Shown here: piece after piece, positions 1-7,607 of the stretch | Layout: every line of letters begins with the position of its first letter | Numbering within the stretch: position 1 is the stretch's first letter | Assembly: GCA_051439525.1 (NCBI GenBank) | Contig: JBFRWJ010000253.1 | Coordinates: 1 to 17,392, forward strand | Reading direction: 5' to 3' | DNA: 17,392 nt | Source: Spirulina sp. | GTDB taxonomy: Bacteria > Cyanobacteriota > Cyanobacteriia > Cyanobacteriales > Spirulinaceae | Position numbers and translations under genes: made by a program | The notes under the pieces: model-generated | The model's database searches: none | The model's input: the letters and a program-made list of their open reading frames with translations, nothing else | Told to the model about the DNA's origin: nothing

Positions 1-125
1 GTTATTGGTTATTGGTTGTTGGTTATCCCCCCTAACCCCCATCCCCCCTTCTTTTCCCCCCTTCCCACGGGGGGCTTGGGGGGATGAAGGGGGGATTGGT
101 GACTGGTGACTGACAACTGACAATG
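1..125. repeat. Composite dispersed repeat, copy 1. It is truncated by the window edge. Layout: GTTATTG heptamer tandem repeats, then a C-rich/G-rich imperfect palindrome, then GACTGGT/AACTGAC heptamers. It lies in frame inside the HATPase domain of the minus-strand kinase.
   Basis: The 60+ bp core (tatcccccctaacccccatccccccttcttttccccccttccca then ggggggcttggggggatgaaggggggat) is almost identical to 1856-1928. Heptamer arrays sit on both flanks. The minus-strand translation runs through the element with no stop (VVSHQSPIPPSSPQAPRGKGGKEGGMGVRGDNQQPITNN). Confidence 0.8.
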
Positions 126-3100
126 TAATTGTCCCTTGATGGGTAAACTTGATGGCATTGTTGAGAAGATTGATGAGAACTTGGCGGAGTTTGCCTTGGT
201 CGCCGATGAGATATTGCGGGACATTCTCGGCGCGATCGCAAATTAGCTGTAAATTCTTCGCGTCTGCTTTGAGATGCAGCATCTCTTCAATGGTATCGAG
301 GAGGGCATAGAGATCGAAACGTTCTTCATTGAGACTGATATGACCCGCCTCGATTTTAGCCAAGTCGAGAATTTCATCGATCAAGTCGAGGAGATGTCCT
401 CCACTGCGATTAATGATGTCTAGATATTCCTGTTGTTCTGACGAGAGGGAGCGATCGCGTCCCATGACTTGGGTAAAGCCAATAATAGCATTGAGAGGCG
501 TGCGCAGTTCGTGGCTCATATTGGCGAGAAACTGGCTTTTAGCATGGTTGGCGGCTTCGGCGGCTTCTTTGGCTTCTTGAAGGGCGAGTTCTGCCTGCTT
601 GCGTTCGTGAATATTTTCGATCGTGCAGAAGGTATAATCGACCCGTCCTTGTTCTCCGATAACACAGGGCGTGAGACGCACCCAAATCGGACTGCCATTG
701 GCGTGAATGTAGCGCTTTTCGACTTGATAGTTCTCTCGCTTTCCCGCAATGAGTTCTTCCCATTCATTCTTATCGATCGCGAGATCGTCGGCGTGAATGT
801 AATCTCTAGGGCACAATTGTTGTAATTGTTCCCCCGAATAACCCAAGAGTTTTTGTAAGGCGGGATTGCTGTCGAGAATCACCCCATCCAAACGGGTCAG
901 ACTAATGCCGAGCCCGGAATTTTCAAAAATGGCGCGAAAGCGAGCCTCGCGTTCTTTGAGGGCTTCCTCAGCGCGCTTGCGGGCGGTAATATCTACCACC
1001 ATCGATGCCAAACCGATCGCATGACCAGTACCGTCTACCAATTTAGCATTGTGCCATTCGCATACGATCGCTCTCCCGTCTTTCGTCCGGTTTTCATTAA
1101 TACTGCAAGTGCCTCCCTGCTGTTGGAGAATATTGGCAACAATTTGGTCAACGTGCTGGCGAACTTCAGGGGGAACGAGTAATTCAAAACCGCATCGTCC
1201 GACAATTTCTTCTTTGGTATAGCCAAAAATCATCTCGGCTGCAGAATTCCACGCCACGACTTCGCCATCGGGTTTCCATTCAATAATCCCGATGGGGGTT
1301 TGTTCCACCAGAAAAGCCAAGCGTTCTCGGGATGCGCGCAAATCGGCTTCAATTTGTTGGCGTTCTTGAATTTCTTGTTGCAGTTGGCGATTTTGCCGAT
1401 CGAGTTCCAAACGCTGTTGTTTTTCCTGTTCGAGAAAAGTCCCTTGCGCGATCGCGATCCCCACCGTTGCGGCTAAAGATTCGAGCAATTCGATGTCATC
1501 GGCACTCCACTGACGAAAGCGATCGCATTGATGCACCGCGATCGCGCCATTCGCTTCCCCATGATAGGAGGTGCGCACGACGACCATGGACTTGAGTGCC
1601 ATCTGACGGCACAAAGGCTGCATTTCTTCGAGGAGGGGATCGGCAAAAATATCGGGAGAAACAACGGCAGCATCTTGGTTTAACACGGTTTGAGCGTGAA
1701 TATTGCCCGCGATCGGAATTTCTAGGGGAGTACAAGCACCATAACCCGAAACCACATATTCAGCCGCAATGGTTAGAGTGGGTTGTGGGTTATTGGTTAT
1801 TGGTTGTGGGTTATTGGATGTTTTTTGTGGGTTATTGGATGTTTTTTGTGGGTTATCCCCCCTAACCCCCATCCCCCCTTCTTTTCCCCCCTTCCCAAGG
1901 GGGGCTAGGGGGGATGAAGGGGGGATTTGACTGGTGACTGGTAACTGTTTATAGGTCATAATGTGACAGCGCGTGACCCGGAGAAATTTGCCAATTTGTT
2001 CGGCGGCGGTGGTGAAGATTTCTTCGAGATCCAGACTGGCGCGAATGTCTTCGGTAATATGCTTGAAGAGTAAAATGCGATCGAGTTGGTGCTGAAGGTT
2101 TTTGAGGGCTTCTTGGCGTTCGCTAATATCGGACTGGATGCTGACAAAATGCGTGACGCGACCGTCGCGATCGCGCACGGGAGCAACGGCGATCTCGTTC
2201 CAATACAAGGTATTATCTTTACGCAGATTTCTCAAAATCACCCGGCAGGTTTGCTGTTCTTGCAAGGCCGCTTTTAAGACTTCGAGTTCGAGTTGCTCGG
2301 ATGCTTGCCCTTGAAAGGATAAGAAATTTTGACCCAAAACTTCAATTTCTCGGTATCCCGTGATGGTTTCAAACGCTGGATTGGCATAGATAATGGGAAA
2401 ATCGCTGCCTCGTCCTCGAACGTCGCAGATGGTAATGCCGTTACTCGAGGCTTCGACGGCACGTTTTAATAGTCTGAGTTTATCCCGATTGATTTCAACA
2501 TGGGTTTGTAGGGTTTCGTTGGTTTCCTCGAGTTGGGCAAAGGCAACTTGCACCCGTTCTAGCATGGCAGCAAAGGCTTGCTGGAAAGTATCCAATTCGC
2601 GAATTTTCGCGGCTCGAGTCGGGGCGATCGCTTTGCTAAAATGACCTCGGGCGAGGGTGTGACTGGCAACCTGTAAAGGGAATAAGGAACGTCGAATCCA
2701 AAATGCAGTTATCCATCCCGACAGCGCAGCGACTCCGACGGCTACCGTGCAGATGAAGAGAGTATTGCGCCGACCAATTTGAATCGCACCGATAAATTCG
2801 CGGCGAGGAACGATCGTGACGATCAGCCATTCTAATTCTCTCGACCCCTGAAAGGGGACGACGCGCAGGTATTGTTTTTCGCCGTTGAAGGCAATCTGCA
2901 AGTTTTCGGGGGTTTCTAGATTTTGCCAACGGGGTAAGAGTTCTTCATCAATGCGTTGTAAGACAGGATCGCTGCTATTTTGCAGGGTCAGTCGTTTGGG
3001 TTGGGGAAAAAGGGTAACGGGTAATGCGGGGGTAGAGGTGGCGATCGCGTTCCCTTGGCGATCGATGATGTACGCTTGACCCGTCTTGCCCAAGTTGAGT

Positions 3101-3819
3101 TGGCGCAGGAGTTCGTTGAAGGGATGCAGGGAAATTTCCGTTGCGATCGCGCCATAAAATCCCGTTTCATTATAAATGGGCAGGGTGGCTTTGAGGGTTA
3201 AGCGCGGCAAGGTTACGGCGGGGGTAGGAACGCCCCAAGTGCTGGTTTTGGCGCGTTTGGCGGCTTCATACCAAGGAAGGGTGCGGGGATCGAATTCGGG
3301 ACTCTCGAGAAGTTCTTCGCGATCGCCGGGTTGAATGGCGAGATAGCTGCGTAATTCGCTGGCGGTTTGTTCGCTGCGGAGGATGGCGAGGAACGTGCGT
3401 TCCCTCGGTGTTGCGGTATGGCTTTGGCGTTCGATGCTGATATATTCTCCTTTTTCGTTGGCGAAAGCCAGACTTTCAATATCGCTACTCTCTTGCAGTT
3501 GATACCAAAAATATCGTTCGAGGGCGGTTAAATCTTCTAGGTTGAGGAGTCCGCTGCGCAGGTGGGCGCGATAGATTTGTTGGAGAAGATGGGGAGAATT
3601 GAGAGAATAGTGCAGGTTTTCTCGAACGCGATCGCTGGCTTCTTCGAGGAGATCTTCTGCTAAGCGATCGGCAATCCCTTCACCCTGCTGTAATGATAAA
3701 AAGCCCGCCAAACCCACCGCGATCGCCATCTGTAGCGCCAAGGGAACGCTAAGAATCCAAGAGAGAGAGAGTTTTGGGGCTGTTTTAAACCATCGAGCAA
3801 GGAAAGGTTTGAATGGCAT
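1..3819 (-). CDS. Multidomain sensor histidine kinase. It is partial: the ATG is at 3819 and the stop lies beyond the left edge, so it is longer than 1273 aa. Domain order: TM, periplasmic Cache-like sensor (RTLPWYEAAK motif), TM, HAMP, LOV-like PAS, GAF, PAS, PAS, HisKA, HATPase.
   Basis: I translated the minus strand codon by codon from 3819 to 1 and found no stop. HisKA is MSHELRTPLNAIIGFTQ at about 470-520. The HATPase N-box is VLINLLNNAIKFT at about 140-180. The PAS motif is FPIIYANPAFETITGY at about 2340-2400. The GAF domain spans about 1450-2040. The ORF track does not list this ORF because it has no in-window stop. Confidence 0.9.
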   Translation of the reverse strand, partial: MPFKPFLARWFKTAPKLSLSWILSVPLALQMAIAVGLAGFLSLQQGEGIADRLAEDLLEEASDRVRENLHYSLNSPHLLQQIYRAHLRSGLLNLEDLTALERYFWYQLQESSDIESLAFANEKGEYISIERQSHTATPRERTFLAILRSEQTASELRSYLAIQPGDREELLESPEFDPRTLPWYEAAKRAKTSTWGVPTPAVTLPRLTLKATLPIYNETGFYGAIATEISLHPFNELLRQLNLGKTGQAYIIDRQGNAIATSTPALPVTLFPQPKRLTLQNSSDPVLQRIDEELLPRWQNLETPENLQIAFNGEKQYLRVVPFQGSRELEWLIVTIVPRREFIGAIQIGRRNTLFICTVAVGVAALSGWITAFWIRRSLFPLQVASHTLARGHFSKAIAPTRAAKIRELDTFQQAFAAMLERVQVAFAQLEETNETLQTHVEINRDKLRLLKRAVEASSNGITICDVRGRGSDFPIIYANPAFETITGYREIEVLGQNFLSFQGQASEQLELEVLKAALQEQQTCRVILRNLRKDNTLYWNEIAVAPVRDRDGRVTHFVSIQSDISERQEALKNLQHQLDRILLFKHITEDIRASLDLEEIFTTAAEQIGKFLRVTRCHIMTYKQLPVTSQIPPSSPLAPLGKGGKEGGMGVRGDNPQKTSNNPQKTSNNPQPITNNPQPTLTIAAEYVVSGYGACTPLEIPIAGNIHAQTVLNQDAAVVSPDIFADPLLEEMQPLCRQMALKSMVVVRTSYHGEANGAIAVHQCDRFRQWSADDIELLESLAATVGIAIAQGTFLEQEKQQRLELDRQNRQLQQEIQERQQIEADLRASRERLAFLVEQTPIGIIEWKPDGEVVAWNSAAEMIFGYTKEEIVGRCGFELLVPPEVRQHVDQIVANILQQQGGTCSINENRTKDGRAIVCEWHNAKLVDGTGHAIGLASMVVDITARKRAEEALKEREARFRAIFENSGLGISLTRLDGVILDSNPALQKLLGYSGEQLQQLCPRDYIHADDLAIDKNEWEELIAGKRENYQVEKRYIHANGSPIWVRLTPCVIGEQGRVDYTFCTIENIHERKQAELALQEAKEAAEAANHAKSQFLANMSHELRTPLNAIIGFTQVMGRDRSLSSEQQEYLDIINRSGGHLLDLIDEILDLAKIEAGHISLNEERFDLYALLDTIEEMLHLKADAKNLQLICDRAENVPQYLIGDQGKLRQVLINLLNNAIKFTHQGTITLSVVSHQSPIPPSSPQAPRGKGGKEGGMGVRGDNQQPITNN
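1779..1952. repeat. Composite dispersed repeat, copy 2. It carries the same core as copy 1, plus a 22-bp internal tandem duplication (gggttattggatgttttttgtg twice, at 1808-1851). It sits in frame in the beta1-beta2 loop of the kinase GAF domain.
   Basis: Direct sequence identity to 1-120. The minus-strand reading frame stays open through it. The translation is YKQ-LPVTSQIPPSSPLAPLGKGGKEGGMGVRGDNPQKTSNNPQKTSNNPQPITNNPQPT-LTIAAEYV. Confidence 0.8.
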
Positions 3820-3870
3820 TCTGGGTTATTTTTGCGCTTTTCTGTCTCTTTTGCATTTTACAAAGAAAGA

Positions 3871-4097
3871 TTGGTTATTGGTTATTGGTTATTGGTTATT
3901 GGTTATTGGTTATTGGTTATTGGTTATTGGTTATTGGTTATTGGTTGCTCCCCTCTTGGTCTCCCCTCTTGCTCTCCCCTCTTGGTCTCCCCTCTTGAGA
4001 GGGGTCGGGGGTGTGTCTGGGTTGGGGGTGGGTCGGGGTCGGGAGCGGTTTCAAGCCTCCCGCTCGCTTCGGTCGGTACTGATAACTGTTTACTGTT
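3871..4097. repeat. Composite repeat, copy 3, a variant. It has ten tandem copies of GGTTATT (3873-3942), then four copies of a 12-bp unit tctcccctcttg, then a G-tract-rich inverted arm, then ACTGATA/ACTGTTT heptamers. It is intergenic, between the rarD stop and the kinase start.
   Basis: The repeats are visible by eye. The architecture (heptamer array, C-rich arm, G-rich arm, heptamers) matches copies 1 and 2 although the core sequence differs. The rarD stop codon at 4090-4092 sits at the element's edge. Confidence 0.75.
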
Positions 4098-5004
4098 CGC
4101 CATTCGCTGAAATGGCAACGGGTTTGCGCCAAGTTATCCACAAAGAATTTCCCGAATAAATTGCCAGAGCCGTCCAAATTAAACTAAAGGAAATGAGATG
4201 AGTGCGAGTAAAAGGTTCTTGATAGAGAAAAACCCCGCACATTAATTGTAAGCTGGGACCGATATATTGCATGAGTCCTAGGGTTGAAAGTTGCAGTCGT
4301 CGGGCGGCATTATTAAACCAAAGCAAGGGAAGGGAAGTCACAATTCCGCAACCGATAAATAAAACGCTCAACAGCCAACTACTCCCAAAATGACCCGATC
4401 GCGCGATCGCCCAGTGTCCCGTTAGGGTAAGGGCAACGGGAGCCACCAATAAGGTTTCTACAGCCAACCCTGCCATCGGTGCGACTGCCGTGACTTTCCG
4501 CAATAAGCCATATAATCCAAAAGTTGCTGCTAAGATAAAAGCAATCCAAGGAATTTGCCCGAAATCCCAGATAAAATTCCCCACTCCCAGTCCGGCTAAA
4601 ATCACGGCTAGGATTTGCCAAACATTCAGTCTTTCTCTGAGAAAAATAAAGCCTAAAAAAACATTAAATAAAGGATTAATAAAATAACCGAGACTGCATT
4701 CCACCACGCGATCGCTATTCACCCCATAAATGTAAGTCCCCCAGTTACAGGAGAGTAACAGCGCCGTCAAAAGCAAAATCGCTAACAGTCGCGGCGATCG
4801 CCACAGTTGTTTTAATTCCCTCAATCGCTTTTGTAAGGCGAGGGCAATGACCAAAAGTACCGCCGACCAAAGAATGCGATGGCAAAGCACTTCTAGCGCC
4901 GGGACGCGATCGAAAAATTTTAAATAAATTGGCAGTATCCCCCAAGAGCCGTAAGCCAAAAGCGCGTAGAAAATACCGGAATTAGAAGGCGAAAAAACTT
5001 TCAT
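4090..5004 (-). CDS. rarD: EamA/DMT-family transporter RarD
   Basis: The 304-aa ORF has about ten TM segments in a duplicated EamA pattern. I judge RarD-like by eye. Confidence 0.75.
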   Translation of the reverse strand: MKVFSPSNSGIFYALLAYGSWGILPIYLKFFDRVPALEVLCHRILWSAVLLVIALALQKRLRELKQLWRSPRLLAILLLTALLLSCNWGTYIYGVNSDRVVECSLGYFINPLFNVFLGFIFLRERLNVWQILAVILAGLGVGNFIWDFGQIPWIAFILAATFGLYGLLRKVTAVAPMAGLAVETLLVAPVALTLTGHWAIARSGHFGSSWLLSVLFIGCGIVTSLPLLWFNNAARRLQLSTLGLMQYIGPSLQLMCGVFLYQEPFTRTHLISFSLIWTALAIYSGNSLWITWRKPVAISANGEQ

Positions 5005-5056
5005 AAATGGTGAAGATGGTTATCGGTAAATCGCTCAGAAGAAGATAAAATATTAA

Positions 5057-6682
5057 TTAATCCGAAGATTCTTTTTCCGTTTTGTCATGCAGCCAAATTT
5101 CCTGGCGATCGAGAGCAATAGGCATTTTAGCACGATCGCAAGCCCGTTTGAGGCGACGGCGAAATTCTCGTCCCACATCCCATTGCTTCAGGGGTTGGGT
5201 CTTAATCCAAATCCGCACGATCGTGCCGCGATTGCTAAATTCATCCAACCCTAAAATTTGCGGTTTTTCGAGAATAAATTCTTGCCAGTCAGGATCTCCG
5301 GCTAGATCGTCGCCGACTCGTTCTACTAATCTTAAAGCCTCGTCTATATCAACGCCATAACTGAAAGGAATTTTAATATCGGCTTGAGCATGACGGCTGG
5401 AAAGATTGGAAACAATTTTAATTTCACTATTAGGAATCGTAATTAAACGCTGTTCGGTATCTCGAAGTTGGGTAATTCGTAAGGTAATATTTTCCACGAA
5501 CCCAGTGACATTACCCACCGCAATGACATCTCCAACCGCATATTGATCTTCTACTAAAATCAAAAAACCGTTAATGGCATCTTTAATTAAATTCTGCGAT
5601 GCTAAGGAAATGGCCACCCCAATTAAACCTGCCCCTGCCAGTAAGGGGGCGATATTCACTCCCAAACTTACTAAAGCCAAAAATATCCCGACGATCGAAA
5701 GCAAAATCGTACTAATGCTTTTGGTCACGCTAGAAATTGTAGAAACTCGCTGTTGTAGCCTTTGCGTGCTGCGTCTGGGAATGAGTTCCGCACTTTCAAC
5801 AAAAGCGGCGAGGGAACGAGCGATGAGAATGTAACTCAAACGAATAGAAATATAAGTAAAGACTAAAATTACAACAAAAGCTAGATAAGATTTAAGTCTT
5901 CCCAAGATCAAAACCTGCCAAATACGAGTTTGAGGAAAAAGAGAAAGAATCAGTAATATTCCGGTCGTCCAGAGAGCCAGTTGTGCGAGCTGTCGGAAAA
6001 GACGACCTATTGCACTTAAATTACGATATTGTCTCAGATTTAAGCGAGTGGTCAGGGGGAGGGCATCAACGGATTCTGGGGAAGAGGGCGATCGCGCGAA
6101 TTGGGCGGGTAAAAGATTTAACGCCAAACTTATCAGCATCACCCCGATCGCGATGGCGATCGCCCATTGCGTTTGTTTCCGCACGTATTCGGGTTGACGT
6201 TCCGCTCGGGCGGTCTGAAATGCCTCCATGAGAGTCGTTTTTAAGGTTTCGGCATAAGTCTGATGCTCGCTTCCCTGCAAGCGAGCATCGAGATGAGTAA
6301 TCGTGAACAGATAGCGATCGTTGATGTAAAGGGTGGGTAAAGAGCGATCGGTGCGAACTTCAATCTTTAAGTCAGCATCTTGGCCTTCGAGATAGTTGTT
6401 TTTGATATTCCGCAAATTCTTCTGCACGTTCCGCACCCGTTCGGGAAGCTCGTTTTTGACACTGGTGATGGGAAAGATTGGTTTTCCATCCAATCTAATC
6501 CAAGCGATCGCAGTTTCCGTCTCACTCTTGGAAGTCGAAATGGTCGGGAGCGTATTTTCAAGGGGTTGAGGGAGAGCAAGTTGCGCGGAAACGGGAGACA
6601 CATCGTACATTCCCATCGCAAGGGCAGGCATTAAGAGCAACAAGCTCATCACAATCAGCGCGCGAAATTTCAATCGTTGCAT
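5057..6682 (-). CDS. Mechanosensitive ion channel, MscS family, with an N-terminal signal peptide and periplasmic domain
   Basis: The 541-aa ORF has the MscS pore-helix and beta-domain region LIKDAINGFLILVEDQYAVGDVIAVGNVTGFVENITLRITQLRDTEQRLITIPNSEI. A GGGAAAG Shine-Dalgarno-like sequence sits upstream of the ATG at 6682. Confidence 0.85.
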   Translation of the reverse strand: MQRLKFRALIVMSLLLLMPALAMGMYDVSPVSAQLALPQPLENTLPTISTSKSETETAIAWIRLDGKPIFPITSVKNELPERVRNVQKNLRNIKNNYLEGQDADLKIEVRTDRSLPTLYINDRYLFTITHLDARLQGSEHQTYAETLKTTLMEAFQTARAERQPEYVRKQTQWAIAIAIGVMLISLALNLLPAQFARSPSSPESVDALPLTTRLNLRQYRNLSAIGRLFRQLAQLALWTTGILLILSLFPQTRIWQVLILGRLKSYLAFVVILVFTYISIRLSYILIARSLAAFVESAELIPRRSTQRLQQRVSTISSVTKSISTILLSIVGIFLALVSLGVNIAPLLAGAGLIGVAISLASQNLIKDAINGFLILVEDQYAVGDVIAVGNVTGFVENITLRITQLRDTEQRLITIPNSEIKIVSNLSSRHAQADIKIPFSYGVDIDEALRLVERVGDDLAGDPDWQEFILEKPQILGLDEFSNRGTIVRIWIKTQPLKQWDVGREFRRRLKRACDRAKMPIALDRQEIWLHDKTEKESSD

Positions 6683-6832
6683 TTTTCTTTCCCTGTTTCT
6701 CTACCCTCGATCGATTGTAATACCAGTCCGCGATAAATAACGTCAACAGATTCAACGGGCTGTTAAAAACGGATAGACCCCACCATTTACGTTTTTACTG
6801 TGGTTTAATCCGGTACGACCTTGACCATGTAA

Positions 6833-6848
6833 GAGTTGAATTCAACTC
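6833..6848. promoter_or_regulatory. Perfect 16-bp palindrome GAGTTGAATTCAACTC in the divergent mscS/brnTA intergenic region. It is a candidate operator.
   Basis: Read directly from the sequence. It lies about 145-160 bp upstream of brnT. Confidence 0.35.
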
Positions 6849-7010
6849 GAGGATGGTGTCGATCTAGATAGAAAACTTTTAAGAGCGAGGCTGGGAGATT
6901 TTGTCGTGCGATCGCATCGATCCTGTAGAATAGGTAAAGCGTCACCCAAAACCTAGGCGATTCTCAATCTTTTGTTTTAAAATATAAAATATGAATCGAT
7001 TAATTTTTGA

Positions 7011-7268
7011 GTGGGACAACGAGAAGAATCTCATAAATCAAAAAAGCACGGTGTCTCATTTGAAGAAGCAAAATCCGTTTTTTACGACGATAACGCCATC
7101 CAGTTTTGGGATGAAGGAAATTCCGAAGTAGAAGACAGATTTTTACTACTTGGTAGAAGCTACAAAATGCGAATATTACTCATCGTTCATTGTTACCGAG
7201 AACAAGAATCGATAATTAGAATAATTTCAGCACGAAAAGCCACTAAAAATGAAAAGAAACATTATTGA
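7011..7268 (+). CDS. brnT: BrnT-family ribonuclease toxin (DUF497/COG2929). The ORF shown starts at GTG 7011. The ancestral N-terminus (ATG 6991, MNRLIFEWDNEKNLINQK) is in the +1 frame, disrupted by a one-A deletion in an A6 run at 7040-7045.
   Basis: It has KHGVSFEEA...IRIISARKAT, the BrnT signature. The FEWD motif is encoded upstream but in another frame. Confidence 0.75.
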   Translation: MGQREESHKSKKHGVSFEEAKSVFYDDNAIQFWDEGNSEVEDRFLLLGRSYKMRILLIVHCYREQESIIRIISARKATKNEKKHY

Positions 7269-7488
7269 AGACAAAGCCATGAGACAAGAATACGATCTTT
7301 CCAAAATGAAAAGCCAACCGAACCCCTTTGCCAAACAGTTAAAAAAACAAGTCACTTTACCCTTGGGAATAGATGTGATTGAATATTTTGAGGCAATAGC
7401 TCAAGAAAAGGGAATCTCTTGCCAAGAATTAATCATTTTATACCTTCAAGATTGTGTTGCCAGCAATCGCGAATTATCTTTTGAGTAG
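7249..7488 (+). CDS. brnA: BrnA antitoxin (CopG/RHH-like, COG3514). It overlaps the 3' end of brnT by 20 nt.
   Basis: The 79-aa ORF sits directly downstream of and overlapping brnT. It has the typical BrnA size and the C-terminal motif QELIILYLQD, which looks like a ribbon-helix-helix. Confidence 0.7.
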   Translation: MKRNIIEDKAMRQEYDLSKMKSQPNPFAKQLKKQVTLPLGIDVIEYFEAIAQEKGISCQELIILYLQDCVASNRELSFE

Positions 7489-7575
7489 CGAGTATTGTGA
7501 CTCTTACCATGCGCTCTCATTGCTCCTTCTCATTGTATTTTGCGATCGCTATTTCTCATTTGACAACTCATGAAA

Positions 7576-7599
7576 AAGAGGGATTTTTCAATCCCTCTT
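7576..7599. terminator. Bidirectional hairpin terminator between the convergent brnA gene and the 7608-8495 gene. It has a perfect 10-bp stem (AAGAGGGATT / AATCCCTCTT) and a 4-nt loop.
   Basis: Read from the sequence. On the minus strand a T-run (CTCTTTTTCATG) follows the stem. Confidence 0.6.
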
Positions 7600-7607
7600 G
7601 TTAAGTT

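Noticed and set aside
469-1865. Plus-strand ORFs 469-825, 1332-1595 and 1596-1865, and the minus ORFs 516-767 and 1473-1735
   Set aside because: All lie antisense to, or out of frame with, the continuous minus-strand histidine-kinase reading frame. They have R-rich, low-complexity translations typical of spurious frames in GC-biased DNA.
1779-1952. Repeat element as an IS or MITE carrying a transposase, or as an intein
   Set aside because: It is about 175 bp with no ORF of its own. It has no terminal inverted repeats of the IS type, and no intein splicing motifs appear in the translated insert.
1-4097. Heptamer tandem arrays considered as possible CRISPR arrays
   Set aside because: The repeat unit is 7 bp with no spacers. 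There are no cas genes. This does not fit CRISPR architecture.
3809-4177. Overlapping ORFs 3809-4159, 3813-3998 and 3832-4110 on the plus strand, and 3924-4118 and 3938-4177 on the minus strand, encoding LLVIGYW repeats
   Set aside because: They are translations of the heptamer and C/G-rich repeat element, copy 3. The periodic pseudo-protein comes from the 7-bp repeat, not from a gene.
7033-7050. Programmed -1 ribosomal frameshift at the A-run in brnT
   Set aside because: The heptamer in the upstream frame is A_AAA_AGC, not the canonical A_AAA_AAG slippery site. No downstream stimulatory structure is evident. A mutation or a sequencing error is more parsimonious.
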